A program made the position numbers and the translations under genes. Positions 60,001-64,000 of a stretch of 64,000 nt of DNA are shown piece by piece (positions within the stretch are counted from its first letter, which is position 1; each line of letters opens with the position of its first letter). The notes under the pieces were generated by a model. It saw only the letters and a program-made list of their open reading frames with translations. It did no database searches and was not told the origin of the DNA. Source of the DNA: the human T2T-CHM13v2.0 reference genome, Homo sapiens. The stretch is from assembly GCF_009914755.1 (NCBI RefSeq), contig NC_060929.1. One strand, written 5' to 3'.

Positions 60001-63000
60001 GTTTGGTTTTTGAGTTAGGGTTTCTTTTCCTGAATTGTTTAGTTGCCAGAATACTGGGTGAAAGAGATTTGGAAATTCTCTCTAGTATCAGGTTTGGAAA
60101 TACACCATATCCCCATCCATGGTTTCTATTTCAGAATGGCAAAAAGATCCTGGGCCACCCAAGCTCCAGGGCTGGCTTGATGGGCAGGGAACTCAGGGTC
60201 CTAGCAGTGCTTTCTCCTGAAGCCATGAGCAAGGCTGTTGGAGTTACATTTCTTTTTTCGAAAATTCGAGTGGCTATACTGACAAGAGATAGATGAAAAA
60301 CAGGGAGTATCACTAAAACGCTTCTAAAATATTATTTTTGTTTATTTTTAGGACCTAAATGTAATAACTAATATATAGTAACTTGTCACCTATGTGTAAC
60401 TGAACCTCAGTTCTCTCAAGTTCATCTTTTCGTGTTTTTCATCTTAAATAACCACTATGTCTCAAACTTGAGTACACAGTGGAATCACTTGGAAAACTTT
60501 TTAAAAGTAGTACTAATTCATAGGCCCAATCCTAAACCAATTTCTGCACCTAGGGCCTCGGGGCCAAGCATGAGTAGGTTCTGAAATCTCCCCAGCTGAT
60601 TCTAATGTGCGGCAGGATTGAGTTCCTCCTCTCTAAACACTCACACCTGTAACATCTGTTTATCTCAGTTGATTCTTGGTGATCTTAGCCATTTCTTCCA
60701 TTGTATGGCCACCCTGTCTAGTGTTGGATGACTTTGAGGCAGAGGAGAATGACAATGAAATTGAAGGTTTGGGCATTTTCGGCCTAAGGGAAGAAAGGAA
60801 GCATGTTAATAATATCCTGTTTTAGAAACACAAGCAGCCTCTGTATGCCTGAATCATTTTAGTAGGTTAATAAACCCTAAAGTATTGCTCTATTAACTAC
60901 TGTCTTTACTCTGCCAACATTTAGGATTTGAAAACATTAAACCCTTGTTTACATCCTCTGTAAGTCAGCATTGATTTGTTTCTCTTCTGGGATTCAGTTA
61001 AAAGCAGTGCTTAGTTGCACACACATTTTACAAAACTGAACTACACAAAATGATTTAAAAATACAAAGTAAAATTCCTAATCCCTCAAAAATGCCCCTGA
61101 TCGTAGGCATACTTCATAATGAACAATCCAGGGTTCCATAAAAATTTTTTTTGTTATTAAAAAAAAGTTACTTTGTTCTCTCAGAATACAAACTACAGCA
61201 TGAGCGTTCTCCATAGGGTTTAGAATGCGGCTTATTGCTTTAATGGGTTAAAGTTAAATCTTTCTTTTCAGTAGAAGGCATGCCCTTTAAATTTCTTGCC
61301 AGGCTAAGTGACACATGAGACAATTTATATCCACTAAGATTTCGGTAACTTGATGCAATAGCCTTGGCAACAAAATTCTACCAAATGAAAAGCATCAAAT
61401 TGCGCAGAATGGTGTTCATAGCCAGTGGGTCTCCCCATCGACTTCCCTGGGAATTGTGCCAAGGTAAAAGGCTTTAGAGTTTCCATTGGTTATAAACGGC
61501 AGCTTTTTGAGCTCTCTTTAGACTAGGAAAGTTGATTACCTATAGCAAGCTTCTCTGACCAACACTGGCAACCTTGAGACCACTCTGAATCCATCATCAC
61601 AAAAGACCTGCCACATATTAATTACGGTATAACTCCTCTTCTGCATAATTCTCCTTCTCTCTAACATTTCCGTGCTTTTCTGTTCTGTTTTCTGCTTACT
61701 CTTTCTCTTATTCACAGTTTCCCACCTCCTCCCCCATGCAGAATATAACTTGCATAAAAATCACACAAGTAGTCAAGGGGCAAAGTCAGGAGCTAACATG
61801 TTACAGAAGCAATAATATTGCCTAAGGGCAAAAGGAAGATTTTTTTTTTTTTAGGCCATGTCTTATCTAAGCCAGATAGTTGAGCATTTTAATACAAATT
61901 ATCAAAATAGATGCATAACTACTACCCAAAAAGCATATGGGATTTAGTATAAAAATCAATGACCTTTGTGGACATAGAGGTTAAATAACAGATATAATTA
62001 CTTTTTAATAGAAAAGATCATTTTTTCTGTTTGTGAGACATAAAGGAAGGGCATGCTGTCAGATAAAACAATTTGTTTCAGCTGATCTCCCAAGAGACTG
62101 CCACAGGCAAAAGACATAGCCGGTAGAGTACCCGTCTCCCCACCCTTCTGCTGCACATTCAGAATGGCAGCCTGGGAACCAGGGGCATCACCAATCAGCA
62201 ACAGTGAAAAGGGCCGCAAAACCCACACATTTTCATTTCCATTGCATTTATTCTAGTTACCTTCACTGATAAACAGGGAGGTGAAACAAAGCTGTTTTAC
62301 TGTTGTTTCACTGTGATCAATCCAGAAACTATGAATATACTGTTAAGAATAAGCTTGGCAGGTGAGCTTCAACACGTGAAAGCATCTCAGTTCTCAACAA
62401 GGCAAGAGTGACAGACTTGAAGAGTTAGGCACAGTTTATTGCTGAGATAATAACCAAGAAAATGCCGTCTAATAATGACGGTAATACTTAAGTGCTTACT
62501 ACTCAGTGCTACAGTGAAATTGATAGTACTCTTATTATCACCATCCCCATTTTAAAAATGAGAAAACTGAGGTACAAAAAAATTACATACAATTAATACA
62601 AAGTCCCACAGCCAGCAATACACAGCTTAGCTGGTATTGAACCTGCTCCAAGGTCAGTGCTTTGAACCATTAGGCCATGGTTCTGTTAAGCTTTATGAAA
62701 CTTCTGTGCCTGACAAACAAGATTAAATATTTGCAAATGCTCTAAAGCTGAATAGCATGATGCCAAGAAAGGAAATATGAAATATTTCATTTGAGCAAGG
62801 CATAAAACAATGCCTTTCAAAAAAATAAGCCAAAGATCATTTCACTGCTTTATTGCTTTGTAAATATTAATTAAGCCTCCATTCTAAAGTCCTGCGATTT
62901 AATTATGAAATAATATTTTTCTTCTATCTCAGTACAATTCCCTTTCCCTACATTCCAACACAGTCCTGAAAAGTGAACAATTTCAAGATTAAACCTCTAT

Positions 63001-63361
63001 TCTTGATATTGAATTAAGTACACACTATTAAGTAGACATGACTTTGGATTGGTACCTCCTTGGATTTCAGTTATGGAGGGAAAGTGGAAGCTCTTAGGGA
63101 GGCTTCATGACACTTTGAACATGAGCATTCCTGAACTCAGAGGCGACAGAGCCATTTGTGCTGTGAGTGGATTTTGGAGGAGTGCCAAAAAGACCTGGCA
63201 GGTAACAAAAGTTGGTAACACTGAGGGCCTCAGTTAAAATGTGTAAGAAATAAGTAAGAATTAATGTCTTCGTAAAGATAAGCTAACCTCAGCTTTTATA
63301 CTGCAACGAGAATAGGATCCGAGACCCACAGAACCAGAAATTAGTCCTTGCTGTCTAACTA

Positions 63362-63789
<428 letters not shown>

Positions 63790-64000
63790 CTAACAGAAGG
63801 AGTCCCTGGACTCCTCATCCTACAGGTTAAAAACTTGTAGATTAAATCCCTCAATCTCTTTACAATGCCTACAGTGGTGATTTCTGTTCATTTGCAATAC
63901 TGAGAAGGTGAGATACAGTGAGTGTATTTCCTTGGTTGGCAAGATGGCAAGGCCAGCCCAGAACATTGAAAGATATGGAAACAGCATAAGAAGGAAAGTC

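Overview
Primate, most likely human, genomic DNA. The window lies entirely inside the 3' part of ADGRV1 (VLGR1/GPR98, the Usher syndrome 2C adhesion GPCR gene) on the + strand. Only two coding exons are present: 1878-1994 (117 nt) and 21834-22012 (179 nt). They encode TM2-end/TM3 and ICL2/TM4/ECL2 of the 7TM domain; from memory these are exons 84 and 85 of 90, which should be verified. The supplied ORF track misses both. The rest is intron, densely filled with transposable elements: a full-length, inactivated L1PA4/5-type LINE-1 in sense orientation, an antisense L1PA 3' fragment, a rearranged old antisense L1PA, about 12 Alu copies, an MSTA MaLR provirus, MER4A1, MLT1 and MLT2 LTRs, MER6, MER1B, MER63, Zaphod/MER115, MER5A and MADE1 DNA transposons, L2, L3/CR1, MIR and microsatellites. 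Repeat family names come from recalled consensus sequences, not from a database search. I found no evidence of a novel multi-gene system. The most interesting observations are hypotheses: inverted L1 3' ends bracketing the frameshifting exon, a full-length sense L1 with intact regulatory sites and endonuclease ORF, a perfect DUX4 motif in the MSTA LTR, and several hairpin or templated-insertion repair scars.
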